Position numbers and translations under genes: made by a program. From a virus: DNA of 15,782 nt. The stretch lies in the IMG/VR virus record IMGVR_UViG_3300045988_141452, positions 1 to 15,782 of that record; one strand, written 5' to 3'. Numbering within the stretch: the first letter of the stretch is position 1; every line of letters begins with the position of its first letter. The notes beneath the pieces were generated by a model. The model searched no databases. It was not told the DNA's origin and saw only the letters and a list, made by a program, of their open reading frames with translations. Of this stretch, positions 1 through 8,418 are shown in pieces.

Positions 1-13
1 CATCGGAAACATT

Positions 14-1047
14 TTATTTTGAATAATATAATTTTATTAATTCATACATGCTATGTTTAATTTTTTGATTTTCAAAATAGACATTACCGATTTTAAAATT
101 TTCTAAAAACAACTTCCAAAAATTATAACGTTTCATGCTATTGAACATTAATGTATTGGGTGAATGGTCTTTCAAAGTCATACTGAACAAATAAGGACTA
201 TATTTGTCATAATCTGAAGACACAAAAATTTTACCTTCATGGTAATCATTCCAAATTCCGTAAGTTTCACCATTATAAATAATAGCAAATGAAAATTTAC
301 TTGAACCGTGTTTTACGTTCAATAAAATTTTTATTTTTATCAAGGATTTTATTTTTCATTGCGTATTGTTCGTAAAGTGTACCGTTTTGCAAGTTTACCG
401 AATAAGTGTTTGTTCACGGTCTTTTCGAAATTCTTCATTATTCATATATTGAACCAAAATAAGATTATCTTTAAAAAGTTTTATATCATTACCAAATGGA
501 AGTGACAAATCAAAGAATGAAAATAAAGGTGAATATTCAATTCCGCTCGACTGCATTTCCTAAAATAAAAATTTTTACGTCATTTCTGTTACGAATAATA
601 CTGTCTAGAATACCGCATAAGAATCATGCCTTCATTTGGCAAATAATAACGTTTATTTTTTTCAATAGGGTATTCATCTATTATAATAATTTTAACATTT
701 TGATAAACAGATGATTTCAAATCTTGCGCTTGCGTCATACGTTTAGCAAATCCAAACACTTCACCATCACAATAAAATTTACGATTTTTTGCTTCAAGTG
801 TATGATCTTGAAATTCGTTTTTTATATCATCAAAAAAGTCTTTTTGCGATTTTGTTTTTTCAAATATTTCTTTAAGTTCATTGTCATAACGTCTTAAATA
901 AAGGAATTGTGAATGCTTTTTCAGAAATTGTTCAATGACATATTTTTTTGCACCGTAACTTTTACCACAACCACGTTCGCCAATTAAAACATTGACAGGG
1001 CAGTTATATGATAAAATTCTATGATAATCATAGTAGAGCATAAGCAT
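14..1047 (-). CDS. DNA packaging (encapsidation) ATPase, phi29 gp16-like; full length only if a +1 shift is made at each of 5 in-frame CGG codons
   Basis: Minus ORF 589..1047 carries Walker A (GERGCGKS) and Walker B-like (VKIIIIDEYP). Minus ORF 14..343 carries the C-terminal part (SSKFSFAIIYNGETYGIWND). Shifting +1 at CGG (+ strand CCG at 613-615, 543-545, 398-400, 382-384, 306-308) joins them: ...ILM[C]GILDSIIRNRNDVKIFILGNAVE[C]GIEYSPLFSFFDLSLPFGNDIKLFKDNLILVQYMNNEEFRKDREQTLI[C]GKLAK[C]GTLYEQYAMKNKILDKNKNFIERKT[C]GSSKFSFAIIYNGE... 1034 nt minus 5 = 343 codons. RBS AAGGAAGGTGA upstream of ATG(1047). Confidence 0.93.
52..76 (+). repeat. Left copy of a 25-nt inverted repeat (part of a probable terminal inverted repeat)
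   Basis: TATGTTTAATTTTTTGATTTTCAAA is the exact reverse complement of 15758..15782. Confidence 0.8.
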
Positions 1048-1079
1048 TCACCTTCCTTTTAAAATTGCAAAATTAGAAG

Positions 1080-1144
1080 TTTTGTTGCAACCTACCACGG
1101 CAAAATTTTATAGGAACGTTCTTCACGTTGGTGAACCTATAAAA
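1080..1144 (-). ncRNA. Predicted structured leader RNA / possible pRNA analogue between the ATPase promoter and start codon
   Basis: Stem TTTTATAGG(1106-1114)/CCTATAAAA(1136-1144), 7-nt bulge, inner stem TTCAC(1122-1126)/GTGAA(1131-1135) with loop GTTG. Adjacent stem TTTTG(1080-1084)/CAAAA(1101-1105) has a loop containing CAAC, complementary to GTTG. Strand assignment is uncertain. Confidence 0.35.
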
Positions 1145-1181
1145 ACTACAAACAAATTGAACTTATAATTTCGCTATATTT

Positions 1182-1211
1182 ATTATAACACAAAATATAA
1201 GAATAATGCAA
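1182..1211 (-). promoter_or_regulatory. Putative leftward promoter for the packaging ATPase
   Basis: Minus strand TTGCAT (1211..1206), 18-nt spacer, extended -10 TGTTATAAT with TATAAT at 1187..1182. Confidence 0.55.
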
Positions 1212-1280
1212 GTAAAAGTGAACATAATAGAAGTAAATACATTTTTATAAAAGTTTTTTAAAAAAGTTTATAAAAAAGTA

Positions 1281-1309
1281 TTGACAAATAAAATATATAA
1301 GTATATAAT
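1281..1309 (+). promoter_or_regulatory. Early rightward promoter, consensus sigma-A type
   Basis: TTGACA (1281-1286), 17-nt spacer, TATAAT (1304-1309). Confidence 0.88.
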
Positions 1310-1337
1310 GAAGAAAATCAAGAAGGAGGTAAAACAA

Positions 1338-1496
1338 ATGAAAATTTATTATTTAGAATTTAAAAATTCAGTAAAATTTTATAACAAAGAACTGGATAAA
1401 TCAATTGAAATTGAAAAATCAAAACTACTTGAATTATTTTTAAAAGCAATTTATAAGAAATATGGAAAGAAGGTGAAATTTGAATGTCTGATTTAA
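1338..1496 (+). CDS. Small hypothetical early protein
   Basis: The ORF track starts at 1281, inside the promoter. The ATG at 1338 is preceded by AAGGAGG and gives MKIYYLEFKNSVKF... (52 aa). Confidence 0.8.
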   Translation: MKIYYLEFKNSVKFYNKELDKSIEIEKSKLLELFLKAIYKKYGKKVKFECLI

Positions 1497-1699
1497 AGGA
1501 ATATGATTTTATAGTGGGATTTACTTTATTTACACATAAAGGTTTTAAAACAATGTATCGTCATTTTGATAAATTAGAAACGGCAAAATTATTTGCATCA
1601 AATGTAAATATTAAAAATAATTGTAAAATATATGTAGATTTAGAATATTTTGATAAAAAGGTAGGTGAAAACAATGAAACTACGGAACAGATCCATTAA
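1484..1699 (+). CDS. Small hypothetical early protein
   Basis: 71-aa ORF overlapping the previous stop, with AGAAGGTG upstream of the ATG. Confidence 0.75.
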   Translation: MSDLKEYDFIVGFTLFTHKGFKTMYRHFDKLETAKLFASNVNIKNNCKIYVDLEYFDKKVGENNETTEQIH

Positions 1700-2040
1700 A
1701 GAGATTTGAAGAAATTAAAAACAAATTTGAAGGTTCAAATGAATATATGTTTACAATAAATTATGAAGATATTAAGGATTTAATTCAAATGATAGATTTA
1801 CTTACAAAAAGAAGTGGAAATGATATTTTATATGAAATTGAAAGTTTAAAATATAAAAATGAAGGATTAAGCAGACAAGTAGATTTGTATAGATATTTTC
1901 CTGAACGTATAAAAGATGAAATTTATAAATTAGAAGATTTTATTAATACTTTTAAATTTATTGATAATACAGAATGTTATGCTTATAAAGTTGTAATGGA
2001 GAAATTAAATTTATTAAAACAAATTTATTATAAATATTAA
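1674..2040 (+). CDS. Hypothetical early protein; begins at ATG 1674 and reads through a +1 shift at CGG 1683-1685
   Basis: AGGTAGGTGAAAACA-ATG-AAA-CTA-CGG. Frame 0 hits TGA after 11 codons. Skipping C gives MKL[G]TDPLKRFEEIKNKFEGSNEYMFTINYEDIKDL..., in frame with ORF 1747..2040. 367 nt minus 1 = 122 codons. Confidence 0.75.
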
Positions 2041-2055
2041 AGGTAGGTGAAAAAA

Positions 2056-2196
2056 ATGTATGAAGTAACATATTCAGTTGAAGGAATAATTCGTAAAATT
2101 TCAATAAAAGCTGATGACAGTATTCAAGCACAAAATATTTTTACAAATATGTATGGTTCAGGCAAAGTTCAAATAATAAATATAAGGAGAGTGTAA
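2056..2196 (+). CDS. Small hypothetical early protein (46 aa)
   Basis: AAGGTAGGTGAAAAAA-ATG, MYEVTYSVEGIIRKISIKADDSIQAQNIFTNMYGSGKVQIINIRRV*. Not in the supplied ORF track. Confidence 0.65.
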   Translation: MYEVTYSVEGIIRKISIKADDSIQAQNIFTNMYGSGKVQIINIRRV

Positions 2197-2198
2197 AA

Positions 2199-2336
2199 AT
2201 GCAAGATGAAATTCAAGAAAAAATTAAAAAAGAAATAATTAGTGAATTAATAATTGACGGATTATTTCAAAGTTTAAGGAAAATGAGTAATGGAAAAATT
2301 GAAGTTGAAAGTTATAAAATTGATGAAAAAATATGA
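2199..2336 (+). CDS. Small hypothetical early protein (45 aa)
   Basis: AAGGAGAGTGTAAAA-ATG, MQDEIQEKIKKEIISELIIDGLFQSLRKMSNGKIEVESYKIDEKI*. Ends in an ATGA overlap with the next ORF. Confidence 0.6.
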   Translation: MQDEIQEKIKKEIISELIIDGLFQSLRKMSNGKIEVESYKIDEKI

Positions 2337-2419
2337 CATATTTATTAAAAAAATATGACCCTGAAAAATTTAAAGTTTATGAAAAAATGTTATTAAAAAC
2401 TGATAATGAAGATGAATAG
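2333..2419 (+). CDS. Very small ORF (28 aa)
   Basis: MTYLLKKYDPEKFKVYEKMLLKTDNEDE*, ATGA-coupled to the previous ORF and followed by an RBS for 2437. Confidence 0.4.
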   Translation: MTYLLKKYDPEKFKVYEKMLLKTDNEDE

Positions 2420-2436
2420 AAAGGAGAATAAATAAA

Positions 2437-2664
2437 ATGGAAGATGAAATTCAGGACAAGTTAGAAGAAATTTATAATTTTAGAATAGACGTAAAATTCA
2501 AAGATTTTAGACAATATGAAGTATATGCACGAATAGATAATGAAAAAGCATTCGCTATTTCGATTTTATATGACGCAAGGGCTACATTAGAAGCAAACAT
2601 TACAAATATAAAAAATAGAATTGACGCAGAAATAGTTGAATTATTTAGAAGAAAGGAAAAATAA
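2437..2664 (+). CDS. Small hypothetical early protein (75 aa)
   Basis: AGAAAGGAG upstream; acidic/basic helical sequence MEDEIQDKLEEIYNFRIDVKF... Confidence 0.75.
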   Translation: MEDEIQDKLEEIYNFRIDVKFKDFRQYEVYARIDNEKAFAISILYDARATLEANITNIKNRIDAEIVELFRRKEK

Positions 2665-2665
2665 A

Positions 2666-2896
2666 ATGGTAAGATTAGAAATAACAATAAAAGAAATTAA
2701 TTCATTAGATTATAAAGAAATTGCTGTAGCAGGAACAGAAATTTCAATTCACGAAATAGGAAGAAAAGCAACAAAAAATGAAAAAGAAGTTTCTAATATT
2801 TTGAAAAAACGTTTAAAAGTTGATGAAAAATTACAGTTCAAAAGTGAAAACGAAAAAATAAAGAAGGCAATTGAAGAAATTTTAAAAAGTTTATAA
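2666..2896 (+). CDS. Small hypothetical early protein (76 aa)
   Basis: ATG at 2666 (MVRLEITIKEINSLDYKE...) preceded by AGAAAGGAAAA. Preferred over the 2636 start in the track, which overlaps the upstream gene. Confidence 0.7.
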   Translation: MVRLEITIKEINSLDYKEIAVAGTEISIHEIGRKATKNEKEVSNILKKRLKVDEKLQFKSENEKIKKAIEEILKSL

Positions 2897-2992
2897 TAAT
2901 TTATTTTTATAAAGGTTATTGCTAAACCAAAAAGCAAAATTTAAATATTTTGGCCGTACCTATGCGTAAAATAGGAGAAAGAAGGTTTCATT

Positions 2993-3460
2993 ATGGAAAA
3001 TGAAGTTTTAGAAAATGAAGGAAAGGAAGTTTCAGCTCTTGCAACTGTTCAGGATTTTGGTGCATTAAGTAAATCTACAAACACAAAAGCAGAATTATTC
3101 ACAAACATAACAGACCAAAAGAAAATATTTAATTTAGATTCACATGTTGATAACTTATTAAATGACTGTGAAGGTGAACTTATAAGAGTAAAAGAAGTAT
3201 TAATTAAAAGATACAAAAAACCTATGAAAGAACCTATAATTGATGAAGAAACAGGTGAAGTTCTAAAAGATACAGAAACAACAATGGCATGTATATTAAT
3301 TGATGATAATAACAAAAGTTATGCAACAGGTTCAAAGGTTTTTACAATTCAAATGATGAGATACCTTCAAATGTTTGGAATAAATGAAGGTTTTGAAATT
3401 AAAATTGTAAAGAATAAAACAGAAAAAGGCAACAAATCATTAGGTTTTGAACTTGTGTAG
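2993..3460 (+). CDS. Putative ssDNA-binding / replication-associated protein
   Basis: 155 aa; position before the terminal protein and polymerase, and general resemblance to picovirus SSB-like proteins (inference from synteny). Confidence 0.5.
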   Translation: MENEVLENEGKEVSALATVQDFGALSKSTNTKAELFTNITDQKKIFNLDSHVDNLLNDCEGELIRVKEVLIKRYKKPMKEPIIDEETGEVLKDTETTMACILIDDNNKSYATGSKVFTIQMMRYLQMFGINEGFEIKIVKNKTEKGNKSLGFELV

Positions 3461-3508
3461 AAATACACAAGTTCTTGTCATATTAAGGAAAGAAGGTGAC
3501 ATAATATT

Positions 3509-3820
3509 GTGAAAACAACAGTCAAAGGAATTTGTTTAAATTTAAATGAAAGTGAATATTATTTCAAATACAAAGGTTTAATATTTTATTTTTCAAGTGA
3601 ATTTTATAAAAAGAAATTTGCAGATGAAATTTCAAGTTTTATTGAAACAGAAACGTTTAAATTACAAGTCAAATATAATTTAAATATAAATTTTGATATT
3701 TTATTTATGCTTTCATTATATAAGAGAATTGAAAAACGTGGGTTTAGGGTTTATGATGAAGAAAACAAGAAAGAAATTACACCTTCTTGTGGTTTAATTA
3801 CGAATATTTTAATGTATTAA
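3509..3820 (+). CDS. Hypothetical protein
   Basis: 103-aa ORF with GAAAGAAGGTG upstream. Confidence 0.65.
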   Translation: MKTTVKGICLNLNESEYYFKYKGLIFYFSSEFYKKKFADEISSFIETETFKLQVKYNLNINFDILFMLSLYKRIEKRGFRVYDEENKKEITPSCGLITNILMY

Positions 3821-3837
3821 AAAGGAAGGTGAAGAAA

Positions 3838-4596
3838 ATGGCAGATTCACAAATTAATTGGCGACAGGGTGATTTTATACGTTTAGGTCAAGCAGTTGCA
3901 AAATTTAACAAAAAAATAAATGAATTACAAGCAGAAGAAAACAAACTTTATTTGCCTGAAACAATTAGTTATACAGAAGCAAAAGAAAACATTACAACAA
4001 GAAGGGAACTAAACAGACTTATAAATAGTTTACGTAGATTTCAAAGAGAAGGTGCAGAAGATTTATACACAACACAAAGTGGTGAAGAAATAACAAAGTG
4101 GGAACGTAGGGAACTTGGTATTCAAAGTAGAATTGCACAAACACGTTTACAAAATGAACTTAAAACATTAAATGAACCGCTTGATAGTGGTTTTTCACGT
4201 GCACAAATGGGTTCAATGCGTGTTCGTGAAATAAATGCACAAATTAAAAATTTAAAAAATATTGAAAGTGCAGTTGGTTATGAATTTAATCGTTTACGTG
4301 AAAGACTTTCACGAATGGGCACAAGTGACTACACAATGAAAAAGGCAATTGTTTTTCGTGAAAATTATTTAAAAGAAATGGAAAAATATTCACATTTTGA
4401 TAATTACGAAAAACTTATGAAAAAATTAAGGTCATTCACAAATCCTATTTCATTCTTTAATTTTGTATCACAAAATGAATTAACTGGTGATTTAACATAC
4501 CAAAGTGATGAAACATACACGCAAGAAGCTTTTAATTCATTTGTTCAAGATTTTGGAATTGAAATTGATGAAGATAGTATAACTTTAAATGATTAA
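3838..4596 (+). CDS. Putative DNA terminal protein (replication primer)
   Basis: 252 aa, charged and helical, directly upstream of the protein-primed DNA polymerase. AAAAGGAAGGTGAAGAAA-ATG at 3838 favours this start over 3787. Confidence 0.7.
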   Translation: MADSQINWRQGDFIRLGQAVAKFNKKINELQAEENKLYLPETISYTEAKENITTRRELNRLINSLRRFQREGAEDLYTTQSGEEITKWERRELGIQSRIAQTRLQNELKTLNEPLDSGFSRAQMGSMRVREINAQIKNLKNIESAVGYEFNRLRERLSRMGTSDYTMKKAIVFRENYLKEMEKYSHFDNYEKLMKKLRSFTNPISFFNFVSQNELTGDLTYQSDETYTQEAFNSFVQDFGIEIDEDSITLND

Positions 4597-4670
4597 CAAA
4601 TGAGAAATAGAAGGGCATTTATAAATAGTGGAAGTGATCCTGATTTTGAAGGATTAAATGAATAGGAAAG

Positions 4671-6443
4671 GTGGCAAAAATATATGTGAAAAAGTTCACT
4701 GCAGATTTTGAAACGGCAGTGTGGAAAGATAACGAAACGTGGGTTTGGGCATGGGCAGTTTGTGAAATAGGAAATGAAGAAAATCTACAAATAGGAAATA
4801 ATATTGATGATTTTATGGAGTTCTGCAGAAAAGAAAAGAACAGTTCATTTTATTTTCATAACTTAAAATTTGACGGTGAATTTATAATTTATTGGGCGCT
4901 AACACACGGATTTTCACACGTGACCGAAAATGAAGATATAAAAGAAAATACATTTACGACATTAATAAGTGACATGGGGCAATTTTATACAATAACATTA
5001 TATTTTGAAAAGAAAAATAAAAAAGTTCACAAAGTAACATTTTTTGATAGCTTGAAAATTATTCCTTTCTCAGTAGACGCAATTGCAAAAAGTTTTAATT
5101 TAGAAATAAGTAAATTAAAAATAGATTATAAAAAAGAAAGACCAAAAGGTCATGAACTAACACTTGAAGAAAGGGAATATATAAAAAATGACGTTTTAAT
5201 TGTGGCAAAAGCACTTAAAGTTTTATTTAATGAAGATTTAAAGAAAATGACACAAGGAAGTAATGCGCTAAACGATTTTAAACAAATACTTTCAAAGTCA
5301 AAATTTTTGCATTATTTTCCACCACTTGATTATGAAGTTGACAAGGATTTACGAAAAGCATATAAAGGTGGATTTACTTATTTAAATCCTATTTATAAAG
5401 AAAAAGACGTGCGGATGTGGCAGTGTTCTTGACGTCAATAGTCTTTACCCGTCTGTTATGTATGAAAAAGAACTTCCATTTGGTGAACCTATATTTTTTC
5501 AAGATGAATATAAACAAGACAAAGTTTATTCATTATATATTCAAATGATAACATGCAGCTTTAAATTAAAGAAAAATAAAATTCCAACAATTCAAATAAA
5601 AAATAACCGTTCCTTTTTTAGGGCAAATGAATATTTGGAAAATTCACAAAATGAAATTGTTTGTTTAGTTTTAACAAATGTAGATTTAAAATTATTTTTT
5701 GAGCAATATGATGTTTACGATTTAGAATATGTATGTGGTTGGAAGTTTAAGGCAATTCAAGGAATTTTTAAAGATTACATTGACAAATGGATTACAAGAA
5801 AAAATGAAGCAACTATTTCAGGAAATAAAGGGCAACGTACTCTTGCAAAATTAATGCTTAACGCATTATATGGAAAATTTGCAACAAGTCTTGACGTTCA
5901 AAGTAAAATTCCATATTTGCGGTGAAGATGAAATTATTCATTATTCACTTTCACCAAAAGAACAAAAAGACGGGATTTATTTACCAATTGGCGCATTTAT
6001 TACTGCATACGCAAGAGAAAAAACAATTAGAACTTCTCAGGCAATTAAAGATTATTCAATAAATAAATATGGAAAAGATTTATATATTTATAGTGACACA
6101 GACTCAATTCATTCTTTACTTCCTATTGAAGAATTAAAACTATTTTGTGATATTGATCCAGTAAGACTTGGCGCATGGAAACATGAAGGTGATTTTACAA
6201 AAGCACGTTTTGTTCGTCAAAAATGTTATTTAGAAGAAATAGACCGGAAATATTAATATTACATGTGCAGGAATGCCTAAAAGTTGTTATGATTTTGTAA
6301 AATGGGAAGAATTTAAAACAGGCTTTTCATGTGGTGGCAAATTAACATTTAAACATGTAAAAGGTGGTGTAATTTTAGTTGAAACAGATTTCACCATAAA
6401 AGAAGAAAAGACTATTCATAATATTGTAAACTTTAAAAAATAA
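4671..6443 (+). CDS. Protein-primed family B DNA polymerase (phi29-like); full length only with +1 shifts at CGG 5412, 5920 and 6245
   Basis: Fragments 4671..5432, 5458..5925, 5870..6256 and an extension to TAA 6441-6443 join by +1 shift at each CGG. Motifs: ExoI DFET, ExoII FHNLKFDG, ExoIII YIKND, PolA DVNSLYPSVMY, PolB KLMLNALYGKF, PolC YSDTDSIH, then TCAGMPK. 1773 nt minus 3 = 590 codons. GTG start with AGGAAAGGTG. Confidence 0.96.
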
Positions 6444-6452
6444 TGCTATAAT
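6424..6452 (+). promoter_or_regulatory. Putative promoter for lysis genes
   Basis: TTGTAA (6424-6429), 17-nt spacer, extended -10 TGCTATAAT (TATAAT 6447-6452). Confidence 0.65.
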
Positions 6453-6501
6453 GAAATTACAAAAATATGTTTATAATATATTATGAAGGGAAAAATGAAA
6501 A

Positions 6502-6930
6502 ATGGAAAAATTTATTTCATTATTAAATAATGACGGAATGAAAGTTTTAATTGTTGTAATTGTTTTGGATTTAATTTTGGGAATTTTACGTGCAATACGT
6601 GAAAAAACCATAAATTCATGTATTGGAATTGACGGAATGATTCGAAAAGTTGGAATGCTTATTGTTATTGTATTTTTAACAATAATTGACACAATTATTC
6701 ATTTAGATTTAATTGGGTTTATTCCTGAAACAATAAAAGAAACTTTAAAATTAGGACATGTTGGAATTTCAAGTTTATTTAATATTCTATTTATAATATT
6801 TGAAATACTTTCAATATTTAAAAATATGATAATGTGTAAACTTCCAATTCCTAAAAAATTACAAGTATATCTTGAAAATATTATGAAAGAATTTACAGGA
6901 GAAATAAAAGAAAAGGAAGGTGAAAAATAA
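6502..6930 (+). CDS. Holin, phage_holin_4 (phi29/Cph1) type
   Basis: 142 aa with several hydrophobic segments (VLIVVIVLDLILGILRAI, VGMLIVIVFLTIIDTIIHL, SLFNILFIIFEILSIFKNM), GIDGMIRK loop, adjacent to the endolysin. Confidence 0.85.
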   Translation: MEKFISLLNNDGMKVLIVVIVLDLILGILRAIREKTINSCIGIDGMIRKVGMLIVIVFLTIIDTIIHLDLIGFIPETIKETLKLGHVGISSLFNILFIIFEILSIFKNMIMCKLPIPKKLQVYLENIMKEFTGEIKEKEGEK

Positions 6931-7814
6931 TGAAAGGTATAGACATAAGCACATACCAACAAAATGTAAATTACAAAAAATTAAAAGAACAAGGAATTGA
7001 ATTTGCAATTATTCGTTTAGGGTATGGAAAAAATATTTCACAAAAAGATAGAATGTTTGAAACGCATTTTGAAGGATTAAAAAATGCAGGTATAAAGGTA
7101 GGCGCTTATCTTTATAGTTATGCGTATGTAAAAGAATGCGCAAAACTTGAAGCAGAAAATACACTTAAAATTATAAAAGGAAAACAATTTGACTTACCAA
7201 TTTTCTATGATATGGAAGAAAGTAAACAAGCACTTCTTAGAAAAGAAGTTTTGACAGAAATGGCAAATGAATGGTGCAAAATAATAAAAAATGCAGGATT
7301 CAAAGCAGGTATTTATGCAAATTTAAATTGGTTTAAAAATTATTTGAACCCTTACGAAATAAAAGCAGAAGGAAATTATATATGGTTAGCATTATGGAAC
7401 AATGACGAAAATCCAAATGTTCAATTTCCTGTTGATTTTTGGCAATATTCAAGTAAAGGAGAACTTGACGGCATACAAAGTTTTGTAGATTTAGATAAAT
7501 GTTATTCACAGGATTTTGCACACCCTGTGGAAAAGAAAAAATCAAATGAAGATTTAGCAACAGAAGTTATTCAAGGATTATGGGGAAATGGTGGGGAACG
7601 AAAAGATAGACTTACAAAAGCAGGTTATAATTATAATGAAATTCAAAAAATTGTAAATGAAAGAACACTTGAAAAGAAAAAATCAAATGAATATTTAGCG
7701 ACAGAAGTTATTCAAGGATTATGGGGAAATGGTGAGGAACGTAAAGATAGACTTACAAAAGTAGGTTATAATTATAATGAAATTCAAAAAATTGTAAATG
7801 AAAGGTTGAAATAA
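6930..7814 (+). CDS. Endolysin: GH25 muramidase with two CW_7 (Cpl-7) cell-wall-binding repeats
   Basis: MKGIDISTYQ..., FAIIRLGYG, DLPIFYDMEE, DFWQYSSKG, DLDKCY. C-terminus has two copies of KKSNE(D/Y)LATEVIQGLWGNG(G/E)ERKDRLTKxGYNYNEIQKIVNER. Confidence 0.93.
   Translation: MKGIDISTYQQNVNYKKLKEQGIEFAIIRLGYGKNISQKDRMFETHFEGLKNAGIKVGAYLYSYAYVKECAKLEAENTLKIIKGKQFDLPIFYDMEESKQALLRKEVLTEMANEWCKIIKNAGFKAGIYANLNWFKNYLNPYEIKAEGNYIWLALWNNDENPNVQFPVDFWQYSSKGELDGIQSFVDLDKCYSQDFAHPVEKKKSNEDLATEVIQGLWGNGGERKDRLTKAGYNYNEIQKIVNERTLEKKKSNEYLATEVIQGLWGNGEERKDRLTKVGYNYNEIQKIVNERLK
7530..7811 (+). repeat. Tandem duplication of the CW_7 repeat, 141-bp period
   Basis: 7530..7670 and 7671..7811 are near-identical in nucleotide sequence and start with GAAAAGAAAAAATCAAATGAA. 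Confidence 0.9.
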
Positions 7815-7817
7815 AAA

Positions 7818-8402
7818 ATGGCAGATAATATTGTAAGACATATTGCACCATTTATAAATGATAGATTTTTAATTACTTCACCATGGTGGCACGAAAGAAT
7901 AAACCCTGTTACAGGTGAAACACAAATTCATAGGGGTTTAGATATTGCAACAAGTGGTTCAAAACCTGTATATTCAATGCTTGATGGTTATTGTCATAGT
8001 AAGGGTTTTGACAGTTCACAGGGGAATTGGGTAGTTATAAAAGATGACAACCAAAATTCACCATATTATGGTTATGCAACTTTATATATGCATTTAAGTC
8101 AAACGGCAGACGTAAATGTAAATGATAGAGTTGTAAAAGGTCAAAAAGTTGGTGATGAAGGAACAACAGGAACTTCTACTGGAATTCATTTACATGTAGA
8201 AATGCAAGATTTAAATCGTTGGAATAATGTATGGCATTGGTCATATAACAAAAGTGATTATTTAGACCCTACAGAATATATGGGAATTGATAATATAGAT
8301 AATACCTGGTGGATTTATGACGGTGTACCAATTGAACCAACAAAAAATAAAAATAAATGGCTTCAATTTAAGTCAAGAAAAAAACGAATAATTTATTGGT
8401 AG
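7818..8402 (+). CDS. M23-family metallopeptidase (LytM-like), lysis or tail-associated
   Basis: HRGLDIATSGSKPVYSMLDG, GYATLYMHLS, GxxGTSTGIHLHVEM. Confidence 0.9.
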   Translation: MADNIVRHIAPFINDRFLITSPWWHERINPVTGETQIHRGLDIATSGSKPVYSMLDGYCHSKGFDSSQGNWVVIKDDNQNSPYYGYATLYMHLSQTADVNVNDRVVKGQKVGDEGTTGTSTGIHLHVEMQDLNRWNNVWHWSYNKSDYLDPTEYMGIDNIDNTWWIYDGVPIEPTKNKNKWLQFKSRKKRIIYW

Positions 8403-8418
8403 AAAGGAGAAAATAAAA

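Noticed and set aside
589-714. Plus-strand ORF 496..714
   Set aside because: Antisense to the ATPase coding region, no RBS, low-complexity hydrophobic translation.
14-1047. ATPase and polymerase as decaying pseudogenes
   Set aside because: Catalytic motifs and whole-length similarity are retained across all fragments, and no other lesions exist. Both functions are essential for this phage type.
1674-2336. TGA recoded as tryptophan (Mycoplasma-like code)
   Set aside because: TGA occurs in an ATGA stop-start overlap at 2333-2336 and as an out-of-frame stop after the CGG sites. Recoding TGA would not restore the homologous frames, and Trp is encoded by TGG.
2472-3315. Minus-strand ORFs 2472..2687, 2749..2937, 3049..3315
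   Set aside because: Antisense to well-supported rightward genes, with no RBS or independent evidence.
4600-4665. 21-aa ORF MRNRRAFINSGSDPDFEGLNE between terminal protein and polymerase
   Set aside because: No clear RBS and too short to support; kept only as a note.
4914-4924. Second CACGTG core (and another near 13231) as further parS sites
   Set aside because: Flanks do not match the GTTNCACGTGAAAC consensus and both lie inside coding sequence.
4671-6443. Split DNA polymerase by introns or inteins, or separate subunits
   Set aside because: Only one nucleotide is extra at each break, and polymerase motifs are contiguous around the junctions.
6471-7560. Minus-strand ORFs 6471..6692, 6699..6962, 7333..7560
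   Set aside because: Antisense to the holin and endolysin genes; mirror ORFs in AT-rich DNA.
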